From assembly GCA_976551045.1 (NCBI GenBank), contig CDPCPM010000418.1, positions 4,836,001 through 4,900,000 of the forward strand: 64,000 bases of DNA. Reading direction: 5' to 3'. Shown one piece after another: positions 23,451 through 36,811 of the stretch (its first letter is position 1; every line of letters begins with the position of its first letter). The DNA is from Glaucostegus cemiculus (taxonomy: Eukaryota). Position numbers and translations under genes: made by a program. The notes under the pieces are model-generated. The model was not told where the DNA came from and did no database searches. It was given only the letters and a program-made list of their open reading frames with translations.

Positions 23451-26400
23451 GATACATACTACACATAGTGAATGTAGCATGGAAAAGAATTTATGTGGCC
23501 AGCCAAATTTGGGAAGGATTTTTCACTGTCAGCTGATTCCAGCCATACCTGTGCACGGCACCGTGTAACAGTGAATCTGTACCAGCCACAAAAACGTCAC
23601 ATTGACCACACACAACTGAATTCTCACAAAAGAAATTTGAAAATTGAGCCAGATTGTTTCTATTTTGGTTTTAAATTTTACTTTTAGGTAATATAATCTA
23701 GTTCATAACAGTAAATGAAAAGGAAAGCTGGAAATCAGAAATAAAACCAAAAATGCTGGAAAAACTCAACAGGTCGGCCAGCATCGATGGAAAGAGAAAT
23801 AGTTAAAGTTTCAGATCTGGTCCTTTCTGGGGGGGAGAAAAGCAGAAACAAGTTTGTCTAGGTCTTGAGAAGTTAATGTTCACTCCTTGTTTGTACCTGA
23901 AACAGTTTTGCTTTGTCTATCAAAGCCCTTCTTAATTCTGAACACCTCTAATAAATTATCCGTTAACCTGCTCTGCTCCATGGAGAACATAAGCTCCTTC
24001 AGTCTGTCCACCTAACTGAAGCCCCTCTCCCTTTGTACCATAAAGTAAATCTCTCCTCCACCCTCTCCAGGCCTTAGTAAAATCAGTGCCCACATTTGGC
24101 AAATGTTCCATCTAAGGCCCAGCCAGTGTTTTGCAAAGACTTGGCATATTCTTCTGATAGTTCTGCCCTTTATCAAATTGTTGACAGTCTGGTGCTTTCT
24201 GAAGTGGTCAGTGACTAGCAGCACTTTAGCCTGAGCGAATAGAAAGGAGACTAGAGCTGGGAACTGAGGCACAAGCAGCACTACTGAATGAAGAGAGCAG
24301 GAGTCCGGGTGAGTTGAACATGGGTTTGGTGGTTCATCAGCACCCTAAGCTGTGCACAGAGTGGTGATGAACCACGTACAATAGCAGAACTTCCATTATT
24401 GAACCAGCATTTGAAAAAGTGACTATTGTACATGTTAAAAACAATACTCTGTATCTCCCATCACTATAAATGATGTGGAAAGGGAAAGTCCTGCAGGTGT
24501 TGGAAATCTGAAATAAAAGCAGAATTCAGGCCAACTCTTGGTTCTCCCTCCACACACACTGTCTGAACCGCTGGGTATTTCCTGTAGTTTCTTTTTTGTT
24601 TTTACAATAAATGGCAAAGAAACTAATTTAAAAACAGAAGTAGACGAAATGCATGGTCAGGAGTGCATGAAGAGCAAATGGCATTCAGGGTGGTTGCCAG
24701 CTGTTTGATAAAGAGTTTGGATGGGTACATATCTCTCATTCAGGGTGACTCTGTCTGATTAGAGATGAGCACATTGTGCATTTCCTGAGGCAACAGATGT
24801 TGGATTGCATCCAGCTTCTGTGATACACTGTTGCTTGCACGTTTGTTCATCGTGCATGTTAAAAACAATGCCATATATTGCTGGTGAATGTAAATGACAC
24901 AGAAGCTGACTAAAAACATGAGCAGACAAGATGCATGATCAGCAGAGTGTGAAATGCAGAAGGTATTCAGCTGGTTGATAACTGGGTGATCATGAAGGTG
25001 GGTGGGGTAAGGAGAGGAACCATGCCAGGGTCTGATCCCACAGTGCAGGGTACTGGAGGAAGGGCACAGTCACATTTCACTGGAAGAGCTCCATAATGCA
25101 GAGCATAGGGAAAAGATACTCTCCCATAAGGCAGGGCACCATTCCACAGGGTAGGTATTGTGGGAAGGACACCCGGGGGGAAAAAATCCTCCACATAAGT
25201 CACTAGGGGAAGAGTCCAGTCCCATAATGCTAGGCACCAGACTTAAAATCCTGGAGCAACAGTACAGGGCAGCAGGGAAAGCGCACAGCTCCCTAAGACA
25301 AGGCACAGTCCCACAGGGCAAGACATTAGAGGAAGATCTGAATAATTCATTGAGGGGCAGCTGGAAAGGGTTCAGGTCTATGGGAACACAAGAAATTCCA
25401 TGGTGTTATTTACGTAGGGTTTCACCTTTCTGTTAGCTAAAACTCTGGATAGAATTGAGAGCAGATGACCTAGTTAGAAATTGGCCAAGTAGCTAAAGAG
25501 CAAGGAAAGAGAAAGTAAGTATGTGGATGGCATCCCGTAGGGGACGTTTGGAGATCAACTATTCATTGTCTTCATCAGTAGCTTGGATTATGAGATGGAG
25601 GACCATTTATCTTAAGTCTGCTGTCGCTAGAATTGTACAGAGTAGATTAAGTTAAAGGGTAAAGCTGACAAATAGATTTCAACCTCGGCAGGTATGGTCA
25701 CGTTTAGAATTGACTTCTGCAAAAAGTTGTTTATGGATTTTTCTTAATTAAAGCTTTTAATGTATTTAGGACAAAATTGAATATATTTAGTCAAGGCACA
25801 GGACAGCCAAGATTTTGTTGACTGGTTGGAAACCAAATGGCATCCTCAGTGAAGGTAAGGGACACATTCCCAGTGCAGGCACCAGCAAGGCTGATAAAGT
25901 GATTCGGAGCTGGACTGAGTTTGAACAGGTGATGCAGAACTAACAAGAGAGAATGTTTATATGATGAGATGTTTGGACTTAGAAGAGACAAGTGAGCAAA
26001 AATTTTATGGAAATCATCTGAAATCACTTTCACCAAATAGAGAATAGTTTCAAAGGAGAAAGGAAGAAAAGGGTTTGAGGGTTCGAATGAGTGAGGGGCA
26101 ATCCTCAGATGCCCTCCTTTTTCTCAAGTACAGACCATGAATTTAAGAGCAGGCTAGGTGAACCTCCTTGGGTCTGGGCATAAAATCAAGTACTTCTGTA
26201 AATTCGAAGGTAGCCACATCTTTCAGTCCTGCCCAGGATCTATTCTTATCAGTTCTGGGAATAATGAAAGTTGGGTTAAAATCTCCCCATTGTCTGATAT
26301 TCACTCTTTCCCTCATCCCCACTCTTCAGTGTAATTGAATTGTTTCATATGATGAAATGATTTAATAGGGTTAGACAAAAGCTATTTCTTCCGGTGAGGA

Positions 26401-27152
26401 TGCTAGAACAAGGGGTTACATCAAAGTTAGACCTGGACCTTCCAGTGGTAATCAGGAAGCAATCCTTCACGTGAAGGGTACTGGATTCCTCGGGAAAACT
26501 GCGAGATTAGTGAGAATTGTGAGGCTATGGATTTGGGGGAGGGGGCGTGGGTTGTGTTGGTTGTCACCTGAACAATATTAAAGATTCGGAACCAAGGAAG
26601 GTGGACAGAGTAAAGATGCATTTTATCCTTGGTTTAGCTGCATAGCAGAACAAGTGGGAGGGGCTGAATGGCCTCCGTCTTCTCTTCTAAATACTTTATT
26701 ACTCATTGGAACTTTTTGAGGAAGCTGAAGGTCTTACATTGTCCTTTTTGTCATTTGGGTATACTTCATAGCCTGATTATTTTAAATAGGTTTCTCTTCG
26801 GTCTTTGATTTTTTTTTAAAATGTGGTTCATCAGCAACTTGCAGGTGCATCCTCCATGCAGTGGCAGTGAGCTGCTCATCTCAGTTCTATCCATTTGTAT
26901 GAAAAACATCCTTACCATTCTGCTGCACTCATTTCCTGCTTAAAAATTCAGGTTGCAATCAAAGTGTTTAATGCAAAAATATTTTTATTTTGAAAGTCAA
27001 TTCTGATACTAGGTCACCAACCTGATACATTATAACTCTGTTTTTCTCGCCATAACTGTTGCCTGAACTGCTGAATATTTCCAAAACTTTCTATTTTCTT
27101 TTGTCCCATTACAACAATCACTACACTTCCAGGAACTTCAGTCTCTGTGTAG

Positions 27153-27720
27153 TGTTGTGGAGCAAAAGAGCCACTCACATAAAGTCCGTTCTTGAGTCAA
27201 ACAAAAGCATTTTTATTCAATTGATCTCTCTTCTACAAGAGGGAGAGAGATCTAATCGCACATATTCTCTTCAACTGAGAGATGCGATGCACACATTCTC
27301 TCCAACTGTACAAAGCGTGGCATTTTTATGCATATTTTGGAGGCGAGGCACAATAATCCCACCAATGTACAGAGGCTCATTTGGCATCTCTTAACCAATC
27401 CAAAGCAAGAAAGTGTATGAGCTGCTTCTTCTGACATCACTTTCCCTGTGTGACCATTGTGTACCTTGGCGATCCCTGCCTCTGGTCAATATCTGATCAT
27501 AGGAAGACATTCCTTTGATTTAATTAATCAATATTTGATTATTAACCACTCTCTCCAGAGGTTACGTGTGCCCAACAGGTTGGTTCTTCTCAGCCACATT
27601 CCATCTGGTGACCATCTAAAAGACTGTCACCTCTCCCTGCATCATTGCAGAGATTAATCGCCTTGGAACAAGCCTACAGGAGCTATGTCTCTCAGGAGAT
27701 CCATTATCTGTTCTTCCACA
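27153..27720 (-). mobile_element. Solo-LTR candidate
   Basis: Minus-strand order: TGTGG... , two CCAAT boxes (27395-27399, 27362-27366), TATA-like CATAAAAA (27330-27323), AATAAA (27217-27212), ...CCACAACA end. No TSD found. Confidence 0.5.
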
Positions 27721-27764
27721 TTCTTTTAGGCATCCTCTATCCTGAAAACAGACCCATTAAAAAC

Positions 27765-29215
27765 ATAGCAACACAGAAAGTCGGAGCAGGAGTGGGATCT
27801 CCACCATCAACATGATCGTGGCTGATCTTTCACTTTCATACCCTGTTCCCCTACCCTTAGTGTTAAGAAATATGTCTTATCTGCTTGAATATATTTAATG
27901 ATAAGGCCTCCACTGCCTTCTGTGGTGTAGAATTCTTCACCCTGCTCTGGATGAAGAAATTTCTACTGGTCTCTGGTCAAATTGGCATATCCCACATTCT
28001 CAGGTTGTATCCCTGATTCAGGGCTCTTCACCCTTTGGGAACATCCTCCCTGTATCTAGTCCATCTGGTCCTGTCAGGATTTTATAGGTTTTAATGGGAT
28101 CCCCTCTCATTCTTTTATACAATGAATATAGGAGTAACTAACGCAACCTCGTCATGTATCAGCCAGTCACTGCGACAAGTCCAGTAAACCTTTGTTGCAT
28201 TCCCTCCAATGGTAGGAATATCCTTCTTCAGATAAGGAGATCAAGACTGCACACAAAGTTCCAGATAGGGCCTCACCAAGGCCCTGTGCAACTGCAGCAA
28301 GTCAGCCTTGCTCCAGTACTCACATCCTCCTGCATTGAAAGCCAACACACCATTTCTCACCCAGCTGCTTGCTGCAGCTGAACAATTGCTTTCAACGACT
28401 GGTGTACAAGGAGATCAAGTTCTCATTGTACTTTTCCTTTTCCTGATCCATTCCCCCTCTGATTTTAGAACTCAAGTGGATAATCTCACATTTCTCGGTG
28501 TTAAGCAGCATCTGCCATGTATTTTCCCACACAACTAACTTGTCTAAATCATACTGGATCCTCTCTGCAGCTGCTCACAGTGCACATCCCACCTCCAACC
28601 ACCCCAACCCACATCCCCAAGCTTTGTGTTGTCTGCAGTCTTGGACATGTTGCATTTAGTTCCCTCATCCAGATCATCAATGTATAATAGTTGGGGCCCA
28701 AGCACTGATCTCTGCAGCATTCCAGGTCTCTGCCACTTGGAAAAAGGTTTATTTCTTCCTATTCTCTGTTACCTGTCTGTCAACCAACGCTCAATCCATG
28801 CCAAGTGCATTACCCCCAATCTCATGTGCTTTAATTTTGCACAATAACCTCTTATGTGGGACATTATTAAAAGCCTTTTGAAAGTCTAAGTACATCACAT
28901 CTACTGGTTCTTCCTTATCTTTTCTACTGGTTAATCCTTAAAAAAAATGCCAATAGATTTGTTTGGCCTGATTTTCCTTATTTAAAAAAACCATGCTGAC
29001 TTTGTCCATTTCCATTAATGCGTTCCATGTGTTCTGTTATTCCATCTTTTAAAATCGATTTTAACATTTGCCCCACAACCAACATTTGTCCTGCTGCTCT
29101 GTAATTCTGTATCTTCTCTTCCTGCTTTTTTAAAATAGTGGGGTTACATTTGCCACCCTCCAATCTCGAGGAAATAATCCAGAGTCTAAAGAATGTTGTA
29201 AAATGACTCAAAGCC
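27765..29215 (-). mobile_element. Decayed CR1 LINE
   Basis: ORF 28978..29253 (NYRAAGQMLVVGQMLKSILKD...QSQHGF) and CR1 3' end at the left. Confidence 0.8.
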
Positions 29216-29359
29216 TGTGTATTGTGTTTAAAAAGAGAAAGTAACATTGACATATTTGGAGGAAATAGTCAATCAAGTGTTCTGATATAAACTAGGCTAT
29301 AATTACCATGGATCAACTATAATCCCATGGCCTCTGGGAAAGAGTGGTTATCTTTAAAT

Positions 29360-29820
29360 GAACATTGTTTAAGAAGGGCAATAGGAATAATCCAGGGAAT
29401 TATAGGCTGGTGAGCCTCACAACAGTGGTAAAGGAGCTATTGGAGAAGATTTTAGGAATAGGACTTATTCATATTTGGACGAACATGGGCTAATTAGGGA
29501 CAGTCAGTATGGCTTTGTGTGGGGCAGTTTACGTCTTTCAAACTTGATTGTTTTTTTTAGGTGGTGCTGAAGGTGATTGATGAGGGTAGGGCAGTGGATG
29601 TTGTCTACATGGACTTTAGGAAGGCATCTGACAAGGTCCCTCATGGTAGGTTGATCAGGAAGATTAAGATGTCGGGGCTCCATGGTGACTCATTTGTTTA
29701 GATTCGGGATTGGCTTGTCCTTTGAAGACTGGGTAGTGGTGGAAGGATGTTATTCTGGCTGGAGGTCTGTGACCAGTTGTGTTCCGCAAGGGTCAGTGCT
29801 GGGGCCTCTGTTGTTTGTAT
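29360..29820 (+). mobile_element. CR1 RT fragment
   Basis: WRSVTSCVPQGSVLGPLLFV; GATGTTGTCTACATGGACTTTAG. Confidence 0.85.
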
Positions 29821-31019
29821 CTACCATATATTTTTACAGTATGATATATAAGTTAACCCTGCATTTGCTACATCCTGAGATTGTGAAAGTTGCTGTATTA
29901 ATGCAAGTTTGTAAATATAGTAAGGCAGAAATTTCAAACTGAGGAACCTCTGGTCTCTAATCCATGAGCAACATAGATCAAAGTTACAAAGGTCCAGATG
30001 TACACAAATAATTCAACATACTCTGTACAGTGTAAGATAAACCCTTTATCACTGAATAACAAAATCCATCAACAATGCAACGATATATGATTGAGTTTAA
30101 ATCGCAAAGCTTTAAGCAGTTTCAAATAGTCTATGTATGCAAATTCTTCCCATCAGTTTGCAATCAATGCAATATCACTCCTAGTCCTGAGTTACATTCA
30201 AAACAAGCAGAACAACATATTCCTTCATTTTATGATGTGCCAACATCAGGAACTGGTGACTTCAGGGCCAAATGACAAATGTTGCTACAGGTTAATCACA
30301 AAAAGCCATGGCATGTACTACATTCATTAAAAATTCTGCATATCCATCAGAGATTTTCACAAAGATCATTGTAGACATTGGAGCCAGAAGAAAAATCCCC
30401 TTCTTGTTCATTGCCAACTAGGCAGTTCCTCTTACTCTGAGCGGTCAGCTTTCTGCTGTAAGATTGTTTACAACAAGTTTACTGAAGTTCCATTCAGGGT
30501 GCATGATGGTGGTGATATTAACCAATTTGTTCTACGAAACATCTGTAGAGTCTGCGTGCTTTTCAAAGTTTTCCGCTGTTATGAGCAGTCATTTAATGAG
30601 ATCATTTTCACCCTAAATCGTGACTTACAAGCAGTCACGATTCTTTTAATTAGCTGAAGGAGAGTACTCTCACTGTATCTGTGGATATCTGGAGCTCATT
30701 TCCTCCACTACCTCTCAATCATCTGTTCAGCTGCAAAAGCATCACATATAAAGTACGAGATGGAACTCCAGGTAACTCAACAACTTCTTGTCGGAGTGCA
30801 TTGGTGGACAGTTGTAACCTAACTGAAGGAGTGAATGTTTGTATATCACAAACAAATAGGTGCTGGGCTGATTAACAATACTTGGTGACAACAACCTTTC
30901 CACTATGTTATGTATAGGTCACACTTTTAAATTATCACTTCACTTCTGGGCACCACATCCTAAGCAAGGTTATAGGCTTTGGAATGGGTGCAAAACAGAT
31001 TCACCAGAATGAAACTAAG

Positions 31020-31480
31020 TCTCAGCTACACTGGATAGGCCATGTTTTTCACAAACCCAATACTAGATTTCCACAGCAGACACTGTATTCCAAGACCAGG
31101 CAGACAGAGGAAAAGATTCAAAGATGTTTTCAAAGCCTCCTTGAAGAAATTCAACATTCCCACTGATTCTTGGGAATCTCTGGCCCAAAACCACTCACAG
31201 TGGAGAAGGAGCATGTGGGAAAATCTTGAAACCTCAAGCTCATGCATCAAATGTACAGTCGCCTTACATAAACAGTGGAAGAAACAGAACACTCCACAAA
31301 CTACCCGCCCATCTGACTCATAAGGCACCTTCTGCACCATCTGTGGAAGAATATGCAGTTCCTAGATTGGCCTCACTAACCACCCAGCCCCCCCACCGCC
31401 CCCCCCCCCAAGAATTCGCAAACTTCAAGTGGAAGCAAGTCATCCTCAATCCCAAGGGACTGCCCAAGAATAAGAATTCT
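31020..31480 (+). mobile_element. RTE-clade LINE 3' fragment nested in a CR1 remnant (about 30940-31890)
   Basis: QLHWIGHV...RFPQQTLYS and GRQRKRFKDVFKASLKKFNIPTDSWESLAQNHSQWRR; AAG-rich tail. Confidence 0.85.
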
Positions 31481-33169
31481 AAGGCTGAAAGGGTTAATTT
31501 ATGAGGACAAGTTGCATTGACTTAACCTCACTCCTTTGAGTACATGAGGTTGGGGATGTCATTGTTTAAGATAATTAAAAGAAGATATAAAATAGATCTG
31601 GTATTTGCAGTTAGTGGGCGGGGGGGGTCCAAAACTGGAGGCATATCCTTAAATTAAGAACAAAGGAAGGATCAGGAAATACTTCTTGATACAAAGTAGT
31701 TATAAAAATCCTGGATTTATCCAGGCAAGGCATCAACTGCAAAATTTAAAACTGAGACAATCTTTGTTAGGCAAAGGCTTTAGATGTTACAAAATCAAAG
31801 CAGATAACAGGAGATAAGATATTCACAAACCATTATCCAATTGAATGCTTAAAATGCTCAAGGGACTGAATATATTTCTCCTGTTCTTTGATTAGCAGAG
31901 GGAAAAGAGACAGTCATCGCTGGGGTGCCACTCATTACTTCTGAGTGTCTCAGATCATCTGTGAATAGATTATGCATCCACAGTTCAGTGAGGAAGGCGT
32001 TAACCAATATCACAGTCCCATAGGGAGTGGTGGTGAAAAATACACCTTAGTACCTTTTCCCTGTGATTGACCAAGAAAATAATCCTGTGGAGATGCACTC
32101 ACAGAATACATTGGAGATAGTTTCTTTTATAAACAGTACAAAGTTGGAATCAATCAGAGAACAGAGTATTCATATTTGTTTTCTTATGTAATTACACAGA
32201 TATAATTAGTAATCTGAGAGTTAAAGGATCGTCTGAGGAAGAATGAGCTTAGCACAATGTGTGATGGTGACATACTTGTATCCAAAATTAGATCTTAAAT
32301 TTAAATAAAGTCAATTACATAAACAAGGGAGCAAGTTGACTTAAAGTCGATTGAGAAAAGTAGGTTATAAAGAAATATTTGAAAATTCTTAATAGTATTA
32401 CCTTCCTTTGAGGAATATTAGCTTCATTTCAAAAGCATGGTAATTAAAGAATTTAAAGTTGGTATTAGATTGAAGGTTGGTGTATGATGTTGCAAAGTAG
32501 CAAGTCTAAGCATTGGTAGGATTTTTTAAAAATTACTTTTTGCTGTTTTGGGGGGTGCGTGGGCATCATTTCATCATCGTCCATCCCTAATTGCCCAAAC
32601 AGATAGCTTGCTGGGCCACTTCAGACAGATTTTAAAAGTCATCCACATTGCTGTTGCATCTCATATGGACAGGATAAGGACAGCAGATTTCCTCCCCTCA
32701 AGGACATTAGTGAACCAGGTGAACAGGTTGTAAGAAGGAGACATGAGAGGGCAGATGCTGGAATCTGGAGGAATGCACAAGGTGCTGGAGGAATAGGGTA
32801 GGTCAGGCAGCACCTATGGAGAGAAATGGACAGTCTACATTTCAGGTCCAGGTGAAAAGCCTTGACTTGAAATATGGACTGTTCATTTCCCTTTATAAGT
32901 GCTGCCTGACCCTCTAAGTTCCTCCAGCTGGTTGTAAGAGCAAAAGCTATAAAAAGAAAGAGTATGAAGGAAAGTACACAAGTATAAAGGAAAGCACAGG
33001 GGTAGAGACATTTTGATGGGAGAGTAATTAAATCGCTGAGATGTTTAACAGGTATTTTTGATCGATATTCATAGCTGAGGACACAAAAATATTTTAGATG
33101 TAGCAGGGCACTGGAGGACTGGTAAGAGTGAGGGAAGTAATTAATGTTTGTAATGAAATAGTGTGAGAA

Positions 33170-34365
33170 ACACAGATGAAATATAAAGCCAATGAATACC
33201 CTGGGCTTGATGGCCTGCATCTTAGGGTTGAGATAGTGGATGTACTGGCCATGATCAAACAAAAGTCTCTAGACTCTAGAAGAGCTCCAGTGGAGTAGAA
33301 AACTTGTATCTATAATACATGTATTCAAAAAAACGAGGGAGAAAGAAAACAGGGTACCACAGGCCAGTCCACTTGGGATCAATAGCTGGGAAAATGCTCA
33401 GCCTTTTTTCAGGAACTGGTAACAGGTCACTTAGGAAAAACACAATTATGCAGTCAACTGGGTTTTGTGAGAGGGAACATAATGAAGAACCAATGTTTGG
33501 ACTTCAGCTCTTTTCTGCATTAACGTCTTGGAGACTTAGAGAAAGAAACCAACTATAAAATATCTAAATTTATTGACAATATACAGGTGGCGAAGTACCC
33601 TGCAAGGACTCAGAGATGCGGACAGGTTATGTAGGTGACCAAAATGATGGCAGAAAAGTAGAATGTGAGGTTAACCATTTTGCTAGGAAGAATAAGAAAA
33701 ACAGAATATTTTTACTTAAATAGAGATAGTCTTTTCCAATTTTCTTTGTACATGGATAACAAGTCCATATAAAAATGCAGCAAGCAATCAGCAAGACTAA
33801 TGGCAATGAAGCCTTTATTGCAAGAGATAGAATACAAGAGTGAAGAAGTCTTGGTTCAATTTTATAGGCCTTTGGTGAGACCACACCTGGTGGACTTTCC
33901 AAGCTTTGTCCTTTTCTCTGGAAGGATACAATGTAGTTCCAACAGAGATATGCAAGGTAAACTTCTGGTATGAAAGGCCTATCGTGGAAGGAGAATTGAG
34001 AATGAACCTATGTTCTCTGGGAAGTGATCTCATTAAAATAAACTGGCTTGACCAGTTGGATGCTGTGAGGTTGATGGAGAATACAAATGCCCTTCTCTGG
34101 ATAAAGGGTTGAACATTTAATGCAAAGATCAAGAGGAATTTCTTCACTCTGACATTTGCGAAGCTTTGGAATTTCTCACCCCAAAGGAATGTGGAAGTTC
34201 AAGCAATGCATGAATCCACAACAGAGGTTGATAAATTTTTACAATCCAGGGAATTGGGAAGTTCAAGAATGAATATGCTGAAGAGAACCAGCCATGGTCT
34301 TGTCAAACAGACAGCAGACACATAGGATTATATGGGTTACTTTAACTCCTGTTTCTTATGTTTTT
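33170..34365 (+). mobile_element. Decayed CR1 LINE
   Basis: TGYHRPVHLGSIAGKML, GGCCTTTGGTGAGACCACACCTGG and CR1 3' UTR remnant. Confidence 0.75.
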
Positions 34366-35752
34366 TACAGATAAGAGAATGGTTTTTTTATATCCAGTAA
34401 GCAATTAATTATTATGATCTGGTAAGCACTGCCTGAAAAGGTGGTGGAAGCAGTTACTTTTCAAAACATTTTTTTAAAAGACAGGATATTTAAGGTGTAT
34501 GGTTGTTGCTGGCAAGACCAGCATCTGTTACCCATTCCTAACTGCCCTTAAGAAAGCAGAAGTGAGTTGCATTTGCTATTGAATATAGAATTCCTAGTGA
34601 TGATGAAAGAATGGTGAAATATTTCTGGGTGACAAAGGTGTATACTTGGAACAGACCTGCAAGTGGTGGTGCCCCCATGCCCCTGTTGGCCCTTTCCTTC
34701 TTCATGGAAGAGACAGCAAGGTAGGGAGGCCATCGGAATAGCAATGCAACCACATAGGCCAAAAATGGTGGGAGTGAAAGCGTAGGGTGCTAGATAGGGT
34801 GCTAATCTTTTGCAGATGAATTTTTGCTATCAAATTTTGCTAATCAATTTGCAGACTGATTATCTCGGTTGGTGCCAGGCTTCTTGAATGTTGTTAGTGA
34901 AACACTCATCCAGGTAAGTGGAGAATAATGATGGTAATGCCATTGAATGTCAAGGGTAAGTGCTTAGATTCTCTTTTGTTGGAGATGTTCATTCCCCTGA
35001 TACTTCTTTGATCATGCCTGAATACTATTAAGCTCTTGATACACATAGGCATAAGCTGCTTCATTTTTGAAGGTATTGTAAATTGAATTGAATTGGAATC
35101 AGTGCATGGCCGCCCTCCAGAATTTATGAAGGTATGTGAGTCATTGGAGAACCAGTTAAAGGTGGTTTGCCCTGAGGAACTCTCCTCTAATGTCCTGCGT
35201 CTGAGATGATTGACTTCTGACAACCACAAACATCCTCCTTTTGTGCGAGATATGACTCTAACTACTGGACCTCTATGCAAACCACCTCCTCAACCTCTTA
35301 TCCAGCAATAACATCAACATTTGTTCAGTCTTGCTTAATAGTTACAATGGCCAAGTTCTGGTATCACCCATGTGAATTATTTTTGTAGTTTCTCCAGCAC
35401 TTTTCTGTAATCTGATGGCAAGAGCTGTGCATGATCCACGTGTGGTCAGATCAAGGTTGTACATAAATTTTGAAAATAACTTCCCGGGCTTTCTATTTCC
35501 AATTCCCTGAGTGCCATTTTGTGCCTTTGATGACTTTGTTAACTTGCCCTTTATTGATTTTTATAATCATACCCCTAGATCCATTTGGTCTTCTATCCCA
35601 TTTAGGTATCTACTTGCCAAAGGTAGGTGACTGACTTATTCTGACTCCCGCTATTTACCCCCATAACACTTAAAAGTATAGTGAAAGTCAGTACTAATTT
35701 TTCTATATAGACCCGCCCCATTTCCTTGATTATTTTGTGGTTGCTGGCATAT

Positions 35753-36811
35753 TTAAAGAGTGGACCAGGAAGTGGTATTGTCAAACACAGAGCTGCTTCT
35801 ACTCCTCTCAGGATGTTTCTTGTGAAGGTAGTTTTCCAAGGTTTCTTGACTGATGCAGCGCAGTTCTCTGAGAACTTTCAGGATGTCATTTCTGAACTTC
35901 ACCCCAACAAACACATAGAGGACTGGGTTCAGGCAGCTGTGGATGAATCCGGTGCTCTCTGACACCACAATGGTAAAGGTGAGCTTCTTGTAGAAACTGC
36001 AATCTGCAGAGATCACATCCAGGTTCCGCAGAGTCTTTATGAACTTTGCCACGTTGTAGGGGGCCCAACAAATGCAAAACATCACAGTGACTATTACTAC
36101 AACTTTAATGGCTTTGTGTCTCCCAAAGGTCTGGGTCTTGTACAATGTACTGATTATCTTTGTATAGCAGTAGCACATAATTGTGAGTGGTAAGGTAAAG
36201 CCAATTCCATGGTATAAAAATTGTTCAGCCAGCAGCCAGTCATGGGCCCCAGCTGATGTGTAGGTGCATCTGGTTTCATTGTCATTATTCGTAGCCTCAA
36301 CTTGCAAGAAAATTAAATTAGGAATTTGTAGAATGAAACCTGTTACCCAAACAGCTGAGCAGATCAGGTGGACATACTTGGCTCTGCAGTTTTTATGTGT
36401 CTGAACTGCATAGACAATCGCCAAGTAGCGGTCAATGCTGATGCATGCCAGCAGTAGGCTGTTGCAGAAGAAGTTGAGTTTGTGGATAGAACCTAGTATT
36501 TTGCAAAGGAATGTACCAAACAACCACCCAAAAATGCTCTCAATAGCAAAGAAGGGTAGGACCAGGACCAGGAGGAGGTCAGCCACTGCCAGGTGTAGTA
36601 AGTAACTGTCGGTCGGAGATCTCAAATGCTTGTAACGAAACAGTATCAGCAACACCAGACTGTTTCCAATGGTCCCTAACAGGAAGACCAAGAAATAACC
36701 TATTGGCACAATAATCTTATGGAAAAACTGCGGGGTTTCGTCTAATTCTGAACAGTAAGTATCTTCATAATCCATTGTGATCCCATCATTGGCAAATGAG
36801 GTGTTCTCGAA
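35753..36811 (-). CDS. CXCR5: C-X-C chemokine receptor type 5, exon 2 (7TM GPCR body)
   Basis: GN (TM1), LAVADLL (TM2), DRYLAIV (TM3), CWAPYN (TM6), CLNPVLY (TM7); C-terminus SRSSSVFDNTTSWSTL resembles human CXCR5. The frame extends 36 nt above the ORF-track ATG (FENTSFANDGIT) to a phase-0 acceptor tcttttattccttttAG (36813-36812). Synteny with BCL9L favours CXCR5 over CXCR3. Confidence 0.93.
   Translation of the reverse strand, partial: FENTSFANDGITMDYEDTYCSELDETPQFFHKIIVPIGYFLVFLLGTIGNSLVLLILFRYKHLRSPTDSYLLHLAVADLLLVLVLPFFAIESIFGWLFGTFLCKILGSIHKLNFFCNSLLLACISIDRYLAIVYAVQTHKNCRAKYVHLICSAVWVTGFILQIPNLIFLQVEATNNDNETRCTYTSAGAHDWLLAEQFLYHGIGFTLPLTIMCYCYTKIISTLYKTQTFGRHKAIKVVVIVTVMFCICWAPYNVAKFIKTLRNLDVISADCSFYKKLTFTIVVSESTGFIHSCLNPVLYVFVGVKFRNDILKVLRELRCISQETLENYLHKKHPERSRSSSVFDNTTSWSTL

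Noticed and set aside
24990-25420. Short ORFs in a GGGCA-rich stretch
   Set aside because: Low-complexity degenerate repeat with no recognisable protein motifs or splice structure.
35753-36775. CXCR5 as an intronless 340-aa gene
   Set aside because: The frame is open to a strong acceptor at 36812, and a matching exon 1 exists at 45472-45525.
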